Virus record (IMG/VR): IMGVR_UViG_3300021602_000003
Location: 64,001 to 128,000 of that record
DNA length: 64,000 bases
Source of the DNA: a virus
Strand: one strand, 5' to 3'
The notes beneath the pieces are model-generated. The model did not search any database. It was not told where the DNA came from and was given only the letters and a program-made list of their open reading frames with translations. Below, in pieces: positions 39,164 through 47,850 of the stretch. A program made the translations under genes and the position numbers. Each line of letters begins with the position of its first letter. Position 1 is the stretch's first letter.

Positions 39164-39636
39164 CAAAATATATTTCAACTAAAACATATAAACAAATTGG
39201 GCCAGTAGCTTATAGACAATGGCGATCAGATTCCCATTGCAATCTTATTCATGGATATGCACTATCTTTTCATTTAGAATTTGAATCAGACACTCTAGAT
39301 GCTCGTAATTGGGTATTTGATTTCGGCGGATTAAAACCACTTAAGGGTGTATTGGAAGATTGGTTTGATCATACATTACTTGTAGCGCAGGATGACCCGA
39401 TGAAAGAAGAATTGCTTCATCTTGGTCAATTAAGATTGGCAAAGATTACTGTAGTAGAAAAAACAGGCTGCGAAGGTCTTGCCGATTTTATTTATGAGTA
39501 CATAAACACAATTTTTCTGCCCAATTGCGGTTCAGCAGAGGCAGAACGAGTTTGGTGCTGTAAGGTGGAAGTAAGAGAAACAGATGCTAATATGGCTATG
39601 AGAGTAGGACACAGGGAAGACAAGGAGTTCGAATAA
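39160..39636 (+). CDS. queD: 6-carboxy-5,6,7,8-tetrahydropterin synthase (QueD/PTPS family)
   Basis: HCNLIHGY, WVFDFGGLK, FDHTLL, GCEGLA, VRET. Confidence 0.88.
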   Translation: MTKYISTKTYKQIGPVAYRQWRSDSHCNLIHGYALSFHLEFESDTLDARNWVFDFGGLKPLKGVLEDWFDHTLLVAQDDPMKEELLHLGQLRLAKITVVEKTGCEGLADFIYEYINTIFLPNCGSAEAERVWCCKVEVRETDANMAMRVGHREDKEFE

Positions 39637-39669
39637 TAATATATGTGATTATTTAGTGATAAATATTAG

Positions 39670-40737
39670 ATGATATTTGCACTATTAACTTTATTCTCTG
39701 CTTTATCGCTTGCAGCGGTAGCTGGCTGGTTCTCTATAGTAGGTATTATGTCTATTTATGCAGGTGCGCCAATGCACGCCGCATTTGTAATGGGTGTAGT
39801 TTTAGAGTTCGCTAAATTAGTTACAGTAAGTTGGATATATAGGAATTGGCCCGAAGCTAAATGGAAATTGCGAGGCCCCCTTATATATTCCATCGCTGCA
39901 CTAATGCTAATAACAAGCATTTCCGTATTTGGCTTTTTAACGAAAAGCCATTTAGAACAAGGTGCTGCTACCATAGATAATTCTGCTAAGGTAGAAAGAT
40001 TAGACCAGCAGATAGCAAGAGAAAAATCTGTTATAGCGGATGATGAAAAAGTTATCACACAGTTAGATACAACAGTTAATTCTTATCTAGGTAAAGATAA
40101 TGCAGATAGGGCGGTAGTAATACGCCGTTCACAAGCTTCGCAGCGTAAACAATTGCGCGGAGATATAGAATCTGCTCACAAAAAGATAGATGGATATAGT
40201 GACGAGAAGTTTAAATTACAATCCGAAGTTAGAGCACTTAAATTAGAAGTTGGCCCCATTAGGTATATTGCCGAGTTATTTTATAGTAGCAGTGGCGATG
40301 AAACTAAAAATATTGAAGCGGCAGTAAAATTATTTACATTACTGATTGTATCGACATTAGATCCTTTAGCAGTTATACTATTAATTGCCGCTAACCATAC
40401 CTTACTGCGACTCCAAAATGAGAAAAGTAAAAAGAAAGAAACGGATCCGGTTGATGGGCCGCAAATTACTATCCCCGATGACAAAGAGCAAGTTGAAGAC
40501 TCTCCGCATATCGAAGAAAGCAGGAGCAGCGAACCCGACCAGCGTGTGGATTTTTCTGGAATACCTCTTCATGCAGTCGAAGAAGAAGCCAAGATACATG
40601 ATTCAGTACCTGAAGAAATTGTGGAATTATTAGATAATAGAATAGAAAAATCAGACGAAGTTAAACATACTCCAAAAAAGTATCCCACCGCGTTGAGTTG
40701 GTTGGCAGAATTTAGAAAGTCAAAAAATAATGGATAA
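39670..40737 (+). CDS. Membrane protein with coiled coil
   Basis: Three N-terminal TM segments, coiled coil, EVGPIRYIAE, C-terminal TM DPLAVILLIA. Confidence 0.7.
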   Translation: MIFALLTLFSALSLAAVAGWFSIVGIMSIYAGAPMHAAFVMGVVLEFAKLVTVSWIYRNWPEAKWKLRGPLIYSIAALMLITSISVFGFLTKSHLEQGAATIDNSAKVERLDQQIAREKSVIADDEKVITQLDTTVNSYLGKDNADRAVVIRRSQASQRKQLRGDIESAHKKIDGYSDEKFKLQSEVRALKLEVGPIRYIAELFYSSSGDETKNIEAAVKLFTLLIVSTLDPLAVILLIAANHTLLRLQNEKSKKKETDPVDGPQITIPDDKEQVEDSPHIEESRSSEPDQRVDFSGIPLHAVEEEAKIHDSVPEEIVELLDNRIEKSDEVKHTPKKYPTALSWLAEFRKSKNNG

Positions 40738-41965
40738 TATCGAAAATAAAATAATTAGGAAGATCGTCAATTGTTCTTATTGTGGAAAGGGGAGACACGA
40801 AGTAGAACAAATGGTAGAAGGACCGGAGTTCGGTGGAAAGATTATTTATATATGCAACGAATGCGTAGATGTTACATATAATACAATACATACCGAAGAA
40901 GTAGATGTTATAAAGAAGAAAAAAGAAAAAATATTAATTCCTGAAGAAATTAAAAAATTCTTGGATGAATATATTATAGGTCAAGATAATGCCAAGATTG
41001 CTATATCTGTGGCTGTCTATAATCATTATAAACGAATCAATAATAAATCTAAGACAGAATTAGAAAAATCCAATCTACTAATGATTGGTGAATCGGGATG
41101 CGGGAAGACACTTCTTGTAAAAACAGTAGCCAAATTATTCGACTTACCTTGCGTTATAGCAGATGCCACAACATTAACCGAAGCAGGATACGTAGGTGAG
41201 GATGTTCAAAATTTAATAAGCCTCCTTATACAAAACGCCGGGGATGATGTAGACAGGGCTCGTACAGGCATTATATTCATAGACGAAATAGATAAAAAGA
41301 GTCGTAAGAGCGAATCTGCTGTAACTGGACGAGATGTATCCGGCGAAGGCGTGCAACAGGCATTGTTAAAATTAATAGAAGGCTCAGTTATAAAGATAGA
41401 AGATGGGTATGACGAACCTATCGATTTCGATACGAAAGATATATTGTTTGTATGTAGCGGAGCATTTGTAGGGTTAGACGAAGTTGTTCGAAAGAATAGA
41501 TCCAAGACAGGAATAGGTATCGGTGCAAACATAAGTACAAGATCATCTTTTTCTGAAACAATTAAAGATATACGATCCGATGACCTAATTAAATATGGCC
41601 TTATTCCTGAATTTGTAGGCAGATGTCCTGTTACTGTTGTTTTTGATGATCTTACCGCAGATATATTGGTTAAGATATTGAAAGAGCCTAAGAACAGTAT
41701 AGTTGAACAATTTAAGGCGTTATTCAAATACGAAGGGGTTTCTTTAGACTTCGATGATAAATACCTACAGAATGTAGCTGATAATTCTTTGAAGCAAAAG
41801 ATAGGTGCACGTGGGTTACGAGCAATAATGGAGAAGGATCTTCAGGCTACACAATTTGTACTTCCGAAATTAGCAAAAAACGGCGTCAACAAAATATTTG
41901 TAGATGCGAATGGAACAATTAAACATGTATACAAGGCAGCAAAAAGAGCAAAAAATGAGCAGTAA
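40730..41965 (+). CDS. clpX: ATP-dependent Clp protease ATPase subunit
   Basis: C4 Zn domain, GESGCGKT, TEAGYVGEDV, IDEIDK, RDVSGEGVQQALLK, GARGLR. Confidence 0.95.
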   Translation: MDNIENKIIRKIVNCSYCGKGRHEVEQMVEGPEFGGKIIYICNECVDVTYNTIHTEEVDVIKKKKEKILIPEEIKKFLDEYIIGQDNAKIAISVAVYNHYKRINNKSKTELEKSNLLMIGESGCGKTLLVKTVAKLFDLPCVIADATTLTEAGYVGEDVQNLISLLIQNAGDDVDRARTGIIFIDEIDKKSRKSESAVTGRDVSGEGVQQALLKLIEGSVIKIEDGYDEPIDFDTKDILFVCSGAFVGLDEVVRKNRSKTGIGIGANISTRSSFSETIKDIRSDDLIKYGLIPEFVGRCPVTVVFDDLTADILVKILKEPKNSIVEQFKALFKYEGVSLDFDDKYLQNVADNSLKQKIGARGLRAIMEKDLQATQFVLPKLAKNGVNKIFVDANGTIKHVYKAAKRAKNEQ

Positions 41966-42215
41966 ATATAAAGACAGCAAGAGACACAGAGGTATGTTTG
42001 TAGAAGTTAGGAACGACGACTTTGGACGAGCATTAAGGACTTTCTCTAAGAAAGTTCAAGATTCGGGATTAATGCAAGTCCTTAAAGAAAATATGTCTTA
42101 TGAAAAACCTGCGGTCTTAAGACAGCGAATGAAAAAACAAGCTCGTAAGCGTTGGGAAAGAACTGTAGAAGAAATGATAACAAACGGTCATTGGCATAAA
42201 GACAAAAACTATTAA
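41955..42215 (+). CDS. rpsU: Ribosomal protein bS21 (phage-encoded)
   Basis: VEVRNDDFGRALRTFSKKV..SG....LKE..SYEKP...R. Confidence 0.85.
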   Translation: MSSKYKDSKRHRGMFVEVRNDDFGRALRTFSKKVQDSGLMQVLKENMSYEKPAVLRQRMKKQARKRWERTVEEMITNGHWHKDKNY

Positions 42216-42246
42216 TTAGTATATAATGTCAGTGAGGTAAATAATT

Positions 42247-42344
42247 TTGCAAGATGCCCATAATGGGGTTTTGTAAATTAGCAGTATGGTACTGCAACGT
42301 GTTTTGATATAGCACGATAAACTTGCTTTAAAGGAGTAATTATG
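42247..42344 (+). promoter_or_regulatory. ROSE-like RNA thermometer in hsp20 leader
   Basis: Four successive hairpins; last one pairs UUGCU (42323-42327) with AGGAG SD (42332-42336). Confidence 0.6.
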
Positions 42345-42752
42345 TCAAGAAATGATTTCACACGGCTATTCGATCAATTAGATTCTCTTACTGTTGGCTT
42401 TGGTCCAGTGTTTAGAGACTTCCAGGTTCCTACAAATAACTATCCTCCGCACAACATTGTTAAAATTTCTGACAATGAATTTTATCTTGAATTAGCAGTA
42501 GCTGGATTTAAGAAGGATGAAATGAAGATGGAAGAACACCAGGGTCTGTTAACAATTACTGGAGACAAGAATGTCGATCCAGATTCGGCCTACCAGTATA
42601 GAGGTATTGCAGGTCGTTCATTCTCGAAGAGCTTCCGTATCGCTGAATATTTTGAAGTAAATGCAGCATCTATGGAAGATGGCATCTTAACAGTTAACTT
42701 TGTTAAGAATGCACCAGAAGAAGCCAAACCTAAGTTGATTGCAATCAAATAA
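42342..42752 (+). CDS. Small heat-shock protein (Hsp20/IbpA-like)
   Basis: YPPHNI, LELAVAGF, YRGIAGRSF, MEDGIL. Confidence 0.92.
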   Translation: MSRNDFTRLFDQLDSLTVGFGPVFRDFQVPTNNYPPHNIVKISDNEFYLELAVAGFKKDEMKMEEHQGLLTITGDKNVDPDSAYQYRGIAGRSFSKSFRIAEYFEVNAASMEDGILTVNFVKNAPEEAKPKLIAIK

Positions 42753-42811
42753 GATTGATTGACTTATTTGCCCCGGATATGTAATAATATATTACATATT
42801 TGGGGTCACAT

Positions 42812-43117
42812 ATGACAGAAACAGACGTTATTGAAAAAATCGAGGAATCTACCGATATAAAGATTCCTAAGATGTACAAAGTGTTATTGCATAATGACAA
42901 TACCACTACGGCGGATTTTGTTGTTGCTGTCCTTCTACGTATCTTTCATAGAACGTTAGAAGATTCTATGCTTGTAACACAAGAAGTTCATGAGAATGGT
43001 ATAGGTATTGCCGGCTCGCCCTACACACACGAAGTGGCTAATGAGAAGGTTGTAGAAACTACTAGTTTCTCCAGATTAAATAATTTTCCTCTAGTAACCA
43101 CATTAGAAGAAATTTAA
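42812..43117 (+). CDS. clpS: Clp protease adaptor ClpS
   Basis: PKMYKVLLHNDNTT..DFVV.VL..IF, VHENG.GIAG, FPL. Confidence 0.88.
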   Translation: MTETDVIEKIEESTDIKIPKMYKVLLHNDNTTTADFVVAVLLRIFHRTLEDSMLVTQEVHENGIGIAGSPYTHEVANEKVVETTSFSRLNNFPLVTTLEEI

Positions 43118-43143
43118 AATAAATACAATATTAGAATACATGA

Positions 43144-44181
43144 ATGTTAGACAAATTAATTCCCGTTAAATCCTTTCTAGGTAAGTATCACCAGGAATTA
43201 TTATCTCTGTCAAAACAAGACAAATATAAAAATACTGACCTAGGTAGATTCTTCGAACAACGATTTCATATACAGAATAATAAAGTTCGAATGATCGTTG
43301 ATCCGTTAATTACAGATTTAACATTAGTAATTAGTGGTAATGAAATTTATATAAGTAAGAAATTGTACGATCATCCAAATGTTATTGTTAATAACTCTTT
43401 GGAGTCTAGTCAGCAGGTAGATATAAAAGAATTATATGATTCCGAAATATTTTCTACTATCGCCTATCTTCTATGTCAGAACCAAACTACTCTGCAGATT
43501 GTAGGAGAGATAGACGAGCCCATTTATATAACATATAAAGCCGATTACGAAACATTTTATAATTCCTTATTAGTCTTTGATATACTAGACGGTATCGAAG
43601 TAGAAGTTATTGAGGAAATAGAAAGTTTCGGTGCTCTTAATGCAGTAACGAATTATATTTTAAGTCCCGAATCTACTTTGAATTTAAGAAGTTTTTATAA
43701 GAATCATATATCATCACTGTCATTTTTTTATAGAAATATAATTGTGCGTGATGGCGCCGCCTTTAACCATATATTATTTGGAAAGGGATCGACCACAGTG
43801 ATAGACGAAAACAGAATTCAGATCTCTCCAAAAGCCATTGTAGAATTATTCGGTATAGTAAATTCTTTAGGTAAGAATTTTCATACTATATTGGGCGTTC
43901 AATCCGAAACAAATAATTATTCAGTTTCTGTAGATTATAAAGGCATACTATTTAAGAATTCTAATGTGTCTTTTTACCCAACTATATTGGGAGAATTACC
44001 TACAGAAGATTCAGCAACAATAGATATTTCAAATATTACAACAGATGATATTCCGTCGGACGAAGTATCGTCAAAGATATCTGAATTTATATCAGGTATA
44101 GTTAATGATGCTATTTTGGTAAGAATGAGTGGGGTTAAGAGATTCTATGATAATAAATCTAAGTATCTCTTTTCTTTATAA
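43144..44181 (+). CDS. Divergent SufB/SufD-like beta-helix protein
   Basis: Repeating beta-strand periodicity (VEVIEE...NAVTNYIL...STL) resembling the SufBD core. Confidence 0.4.
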   Translation: MLDKLIPVKSFLGKYHQELLSLSKQDKYKNTDLGRFFEQRFHIQNNKVRMIVDPLITDLTLVISGNEIYISKKLYDHPNVIVNNSLESSQQVDIKELYDSEIFSTIAYLLCQNQTTLQIVGEIDEPIYITYKADYETFYNSLLVFDILDGIEVEVIEEIESFGALNAVTNYILSPESTLNLRSFYKNHISSLSFFYRNIIVRDGAAFNHILFGKGSTTVIDENRIQISPKAIVELFGIVNSLGKNFHTILGVQSETNNYSVSVDYKGILFKNSNVSFYPTILGELPTEDSATIDISNITTDDIPSDEVSSKISEFISGIVNDAILVRMSGVKRFYDNKSKYLFSL

Positions 44182-44217
44182 ATAACAATAGTTCCTTAAT
44201 AATTTTCAGGAGAAAAC

Positions 44218-44556
44218 ATGTATAAAATAACAGACATTTTATCGTTAGGTACAGAATATACAGTAGCAGACCCAAAGGGAGATGTCATAGGTACAATACA
44301 AATTATACCTTATGATGATATCTTATCTGCTACACAAGGGTCCTATATATTCGAATCTGAAAGCTATCAAGCATATATTGACGAATCGATTTCTATCTTA
44401 TCGGGATTTGAAGAAATAGATCCTACAAAAGTATTATGGTATGCTACAACAGAAGATGAAGTAGTAATAACAGAAATTATAGAGTATGCTTTACTGAATG
44501 GATACGACAAAATTATATTAGAACATTTAGAAGAAAAGATAGATGACAAAGTCTAA
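44218..44556 (+). CDS. Hypothetical acidic protein
   Basis: AGGAG SD, TATAAATA upstream. Confidence 0.7.
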   Translation: MYKITDILSLGTEYTVADPKGDVIGTIQIIPYDDILSATQGSYIFESESYQAYIDESISILSGFEEIDPTKVLWYATTEDEVVITEIIEYALLNGYDKIILEHLEEKIDDKV

Positions 44557-44734
44557 TAAAGTGGAACGCAATGTTTGTTCTTGGGTAGGAGAAGGTGAAG
44601 GATGCCGCCAACCAACAATATATGGTAAGGCATATTGTGAAACACACCTCGATAGGATGTATACAACACTTTCTCCGGAAATAGCGGATTATATTATAGA
44701 GAAAGAATTAAAAAATGATACAAAAATCAAATAG
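44543..44734 (+). CDS. Small Cys/His protein resembling the GcrA C-terminal motif
   Basis: CSWVG....C......G.AYCETH. Confidence 0.5.
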   Translation: MTKSNKVERNVCSWVGEGEGCRQPTIYGKAYCETHLDRMYTTLSPEIADYIIEKELKNDTKIK

Positions 44735-44912
44735 AACTATGTCTACGGGGCATTGGTTAATGTTAGATGAGAATAAGACACCATCGCTCTCTGTACAAAT
44801 TTTGAGTATGGTAGTTGTATGCACAGTAACCATACCCTTACTATTATTAGTTACGTTAGGTGCAGGAGCCACACAAGCCTATACTAAAATAAAACAATCA
44901 ATTGACTTGTAA
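44715..44912 (+). CDS. Small membrane protein
   Basis: One hydrophobic segment. Confidence 0.5.
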   Translation: MIQKSNRTMSTGHWLMLDENKTPSLSVQILSMVVVCTVTIPLLLLVTLGAGATQAYTKIKQSIDL

Positions 44913-44982
44913 TTAAATAGAAAGATACTTAGGTATCTTTTTTAATCGCCGGAAACTCTACCATACATGATAAATAAGTATA

Positions 44983-47850
44983 TTGAGTATAAAGGGGCCA
45001 GCAATGGATCAACGAAACGAATTTTCAAAATGGATATCGGCTGTAGAGGAAGCATTAGCTGACGAAGGTAAGCCACTTGCAGAAGATAAACCTGCTTTAG
45101 ATGAATGCGGTTGCGGAGAATGGTCCTGTAAGACATGTTTTCCAGATGACACCGAAGAAAAACCCAAGGCAACACAGGCACTAGGTGCAGGTAAGGGCGT
45201 TAAGATTGGAAATATTGTAACAAAAACAGAATTCGAACCAACTGGTGGGGAAGATTCCCCAATGACACACGCTGAAGATAATTTGGATGAAAATCCACTT
45301 AATTTTGATGATGAAGATGATTTCGAAGAGTATGACGATAGAGAATATCAAGATGACGACGATCGTTCAATGTTTGCAGATCCGGGTGGCAATAGCGCAT
45401 TAAGAGCAGCAACAGATGATAACCCACGTATATATCCTTGCCCATCCTGCGGAGCAGAAGATGCCCTAACATTGCAAGACAAGCGTCGTGGTTATCAATG
45501 TGACCGTTGTGCCGATGCAGCCGAGGGTGGTTATGATATTGATGAACAGCCACAAAATACATTAGATGTAGAGCAACCACTTTTTGGTGAAGAGCAAAGT
45601 CAATTAGGCGCAAGATCCGGCAATCATAATTATTATGCCGATTTTACAAATATGATGTTTAATACAGATCAAGATGATGCAATGGATTTGAAAAAATCAA
45701 TCGAATATATGCAATCCATGGGATTGAGTAATTCCGATAAAGCATATAATGAAGACGAATTAAATAGAATGACTCCGGAGCAATTAGAGAAGCACCATTC
45801 CGAAGTTATGGGTAATACAACAGGCGGCTCTCCAGACATGGACGAAGCAACGGGCCCGATGCCTTCGCCAAAGCCCAATAAGCCTAAGACAGATACTAAA
45901 CAAGAAGATGATCCATTTTGGAATGACATGAACGATTTGTTTAATCCTAAGCCCGATCAACCATTAGCTAATATACCCGACGAGCAAGGAAATGAACCTG
46001 TAGGTAATGAACCGACAGCATCACTCCCTGTTGCATCTAGACAATCCACACAAGATAGATTAAGTAATATGAATCCGTCCGACGGCATGAGACGTTCGAT
46101 GGACCTTATTAATCGTGCTGCAATAACACCGGATACAGAAGAGCCTGTTATTCCGCAAAATGAATTAGTTGTTAGAACAGCAAGAGATGTTCCCGCAGTG
46201 GTTAGTACAGCAATGCGCGCCGCAGGTGTCCAATCACCCGAATGGCATCATGTACGAGACTTACCGGGGATGAGTGATGCTCATATAAGAGGCATGGGTA
46301 AAGATATATTTGGTATGTTTACATCCACCCCTGTTGGACAAATACAAACAATTGCCAACGTAGAAGGACAAGGTCCAAATACAGATGCAGAACTAAGAGC
46401 AGTCGCCGGATGGTTACGAGACAATGCAGACGATTTAGGTCGAGTAGAAGTAAGTCACGGTATAGTAGTGCCCGGATATGAAGTTGATGTAAAAGAATAT
46501 AAAGCAAATGGTATTAGATTCCATGTGGTAAGAGATGATCACGGACAATACATATATGCTTACCCCGATAATACAGCAAGAATACAAGGACCAGCAGCCA
46601 GAGACCCAGGCACAAGATTAGGTGGCGGAAATACGCCAAGATTACGTGAATCTAACAAAGGAAAAGACATGTCGTTATCACTATTTGAAGAATTAGAATT
46701 AGATCAGGCAATTAAGTCTGCGTTGAAACAGCTAATAATTACAGAATCTGAAGAGATCGAGGAAAGTACACTAAGCAAGGAGATTGCGTGGAAACCGGGA
46801 TCTCCAGGAAAGCAAGAAAAGAACCAGGGCGGTTGGAATTTATTGCAATTATTACATAGAAATCATAAATTAAGTAATGAAGCAGATATGGAACCATTGC
46901 CATTTAATAGAGACGTTCTATACGGTTATTTCAAGAATCATCCGGATCACTTTATTATTGTTAAAGGTACACACGGAGTAGCAGCTATTCGTCCGTCCGA
47001 AGAATATTTTGCACATGAAAGAAATAAACCGTCGACAAGAAAACGTCCTAATCCAAAAGGATTTGCATCGGATCCAAATCAGGATTTGAATGCACCATAT
47101 CTACAATATCAAGTTATTGCTTTCCAAAATGACGGTAAGCAATTAGATTCATCTTTATTCAAGGATGTTGAAGCAAAAGATAAAGAAGACGACGATGAGG
47201 ATAAGTTTACAACGACGGATCCTACAGTGCAAAGACTTAGAATGGGATTATTTCATGGTAAAGATACCCAGTCACAGTATAATGTATTTAAATTATTGTC
47301 TGATGAAATCGGTAGATTAACAACCATGTATATGAGTGGATTCCATGCGCTCAGAAAAGGCCAGTTAGGTGACCAGAAGGGTGCAGAAGCAGAAATACAG
47401 CCACATAAGGGATCGGTTGAGAGAGAAAAGATAAAAGCCAGATCGGATCTTAAGAATCCTGCACCAGCATTAAGTGTATCGGAAGCTAAGACAAGAATAT
47501 TTGATAGAATTCGGCCTATCCTGCAGCCAATAATTTCTAAAGCATATAGTAAAGTATCTTTAGCATTGCAAGATGCTGTACGTGATGATCACCAGGGCGA
47601 TTTAGAAAGACTGACATCTGTACGTAAAGCGATAAATGAAATTAAGGTCGCAGTTGATACAAAGGGTCCGGTTGCTCTATCAGGTACATTGAATAATATC
47701 CTGACAAAGGCAATTGAGAAGGCAACAGGCGCTAATTCCTATGATAAGAATTATCAAACAGCCGTATCGAATTTAGCAAAAGGTCCAGCAATGAAATTAG
47801 AACCGCTTATTCAATCTCTAAGAAAGATATTAATCGGGGCTATAAGATGA
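44983..47850 (+). CDS. Large modular late protein (probable internal head/virion protein)
   Basis: GATAAATA 44969; acidic linkers, Zn-ribbon insert; start may be ATG 45004. Confidence 0.7.
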   Translation: MSIKGPAMDQRNEFSKWISAVEEALADEGKPLAEDKPALDECGCGEWSCKTCFPDDTEEKPKATQALGAGKGVKIGNIVTKTEFEPTGGEDSPMTHAEDNLDENPLNFDDEDDFEEYDDREYQDDDDRSMFADPGGNSALRAATDDNPRIYPCPSCGAEDALTLQDKRRGYQCDRCADAAEGGYDIDEQPQNTLDVEQPLFGEEQSQLGARSGNHNYYADFTNMMFNTDQDDAMDLKKSIEYMQSMGLSNSDKAYNEDELNRMTPEQLEKHHSEVMGNTTGGSPDMDEATGPMPSPKPNKPKTDTKQEDDPFWNDMNDLFNPKPDQPLANIPDEQGNEPVGNEPTASLPVASRQSTQDRLSNMNPSDGMRRSMDLINRAAITPDTEEPVIPQNELVVRTARDVPAVVSTAMRAAGVQSPEWHHVRDLPGMSDAHIRGMGKDIFGMFTSTPVGQIQTIANVEGQGPNTDAELRAVAGWLRDNADDLGRVEVSHGIVVPGYEVDVKEYKANGIRFHVVRDDHGQYIYAYPDNTARIQGPAARDPGTRLGGGNTPRLRESNKGKDMSLSLFEELELDQAIKSALKQLIITESEEIEESTLSKEIAWKPGSPGKQEKNQGGWNLLQLLHRNHKLSNEADMEPLPFNRDVLYGYFKNHPDHFIIVKGTHGVAAIRPSEEYFAHERNKPSTRKRPNPKGFASDPNQDLNAPYLQYQVIAFQNDGKQLDSSLFKDVEAKDKEDDDEDKFTTTDPTVQRLRMGLFHGKDTQSQYNVFKLLSDEIGRLTTMYMSGFHALRKGQLGDQKGAEAEIQPHKGSVEREKIKARSDLKNPAPALSVSEAKTRIFDRIRPILQPIISKAYSKVSLALQDAVRDDHQGDLERLTSVRKAINEIKVAVDTKGPVALSGTLNNILTKAIEKATGANSYDKNYQTAVSNLAKGPAMKLEPLIQSLRKILIGAIR

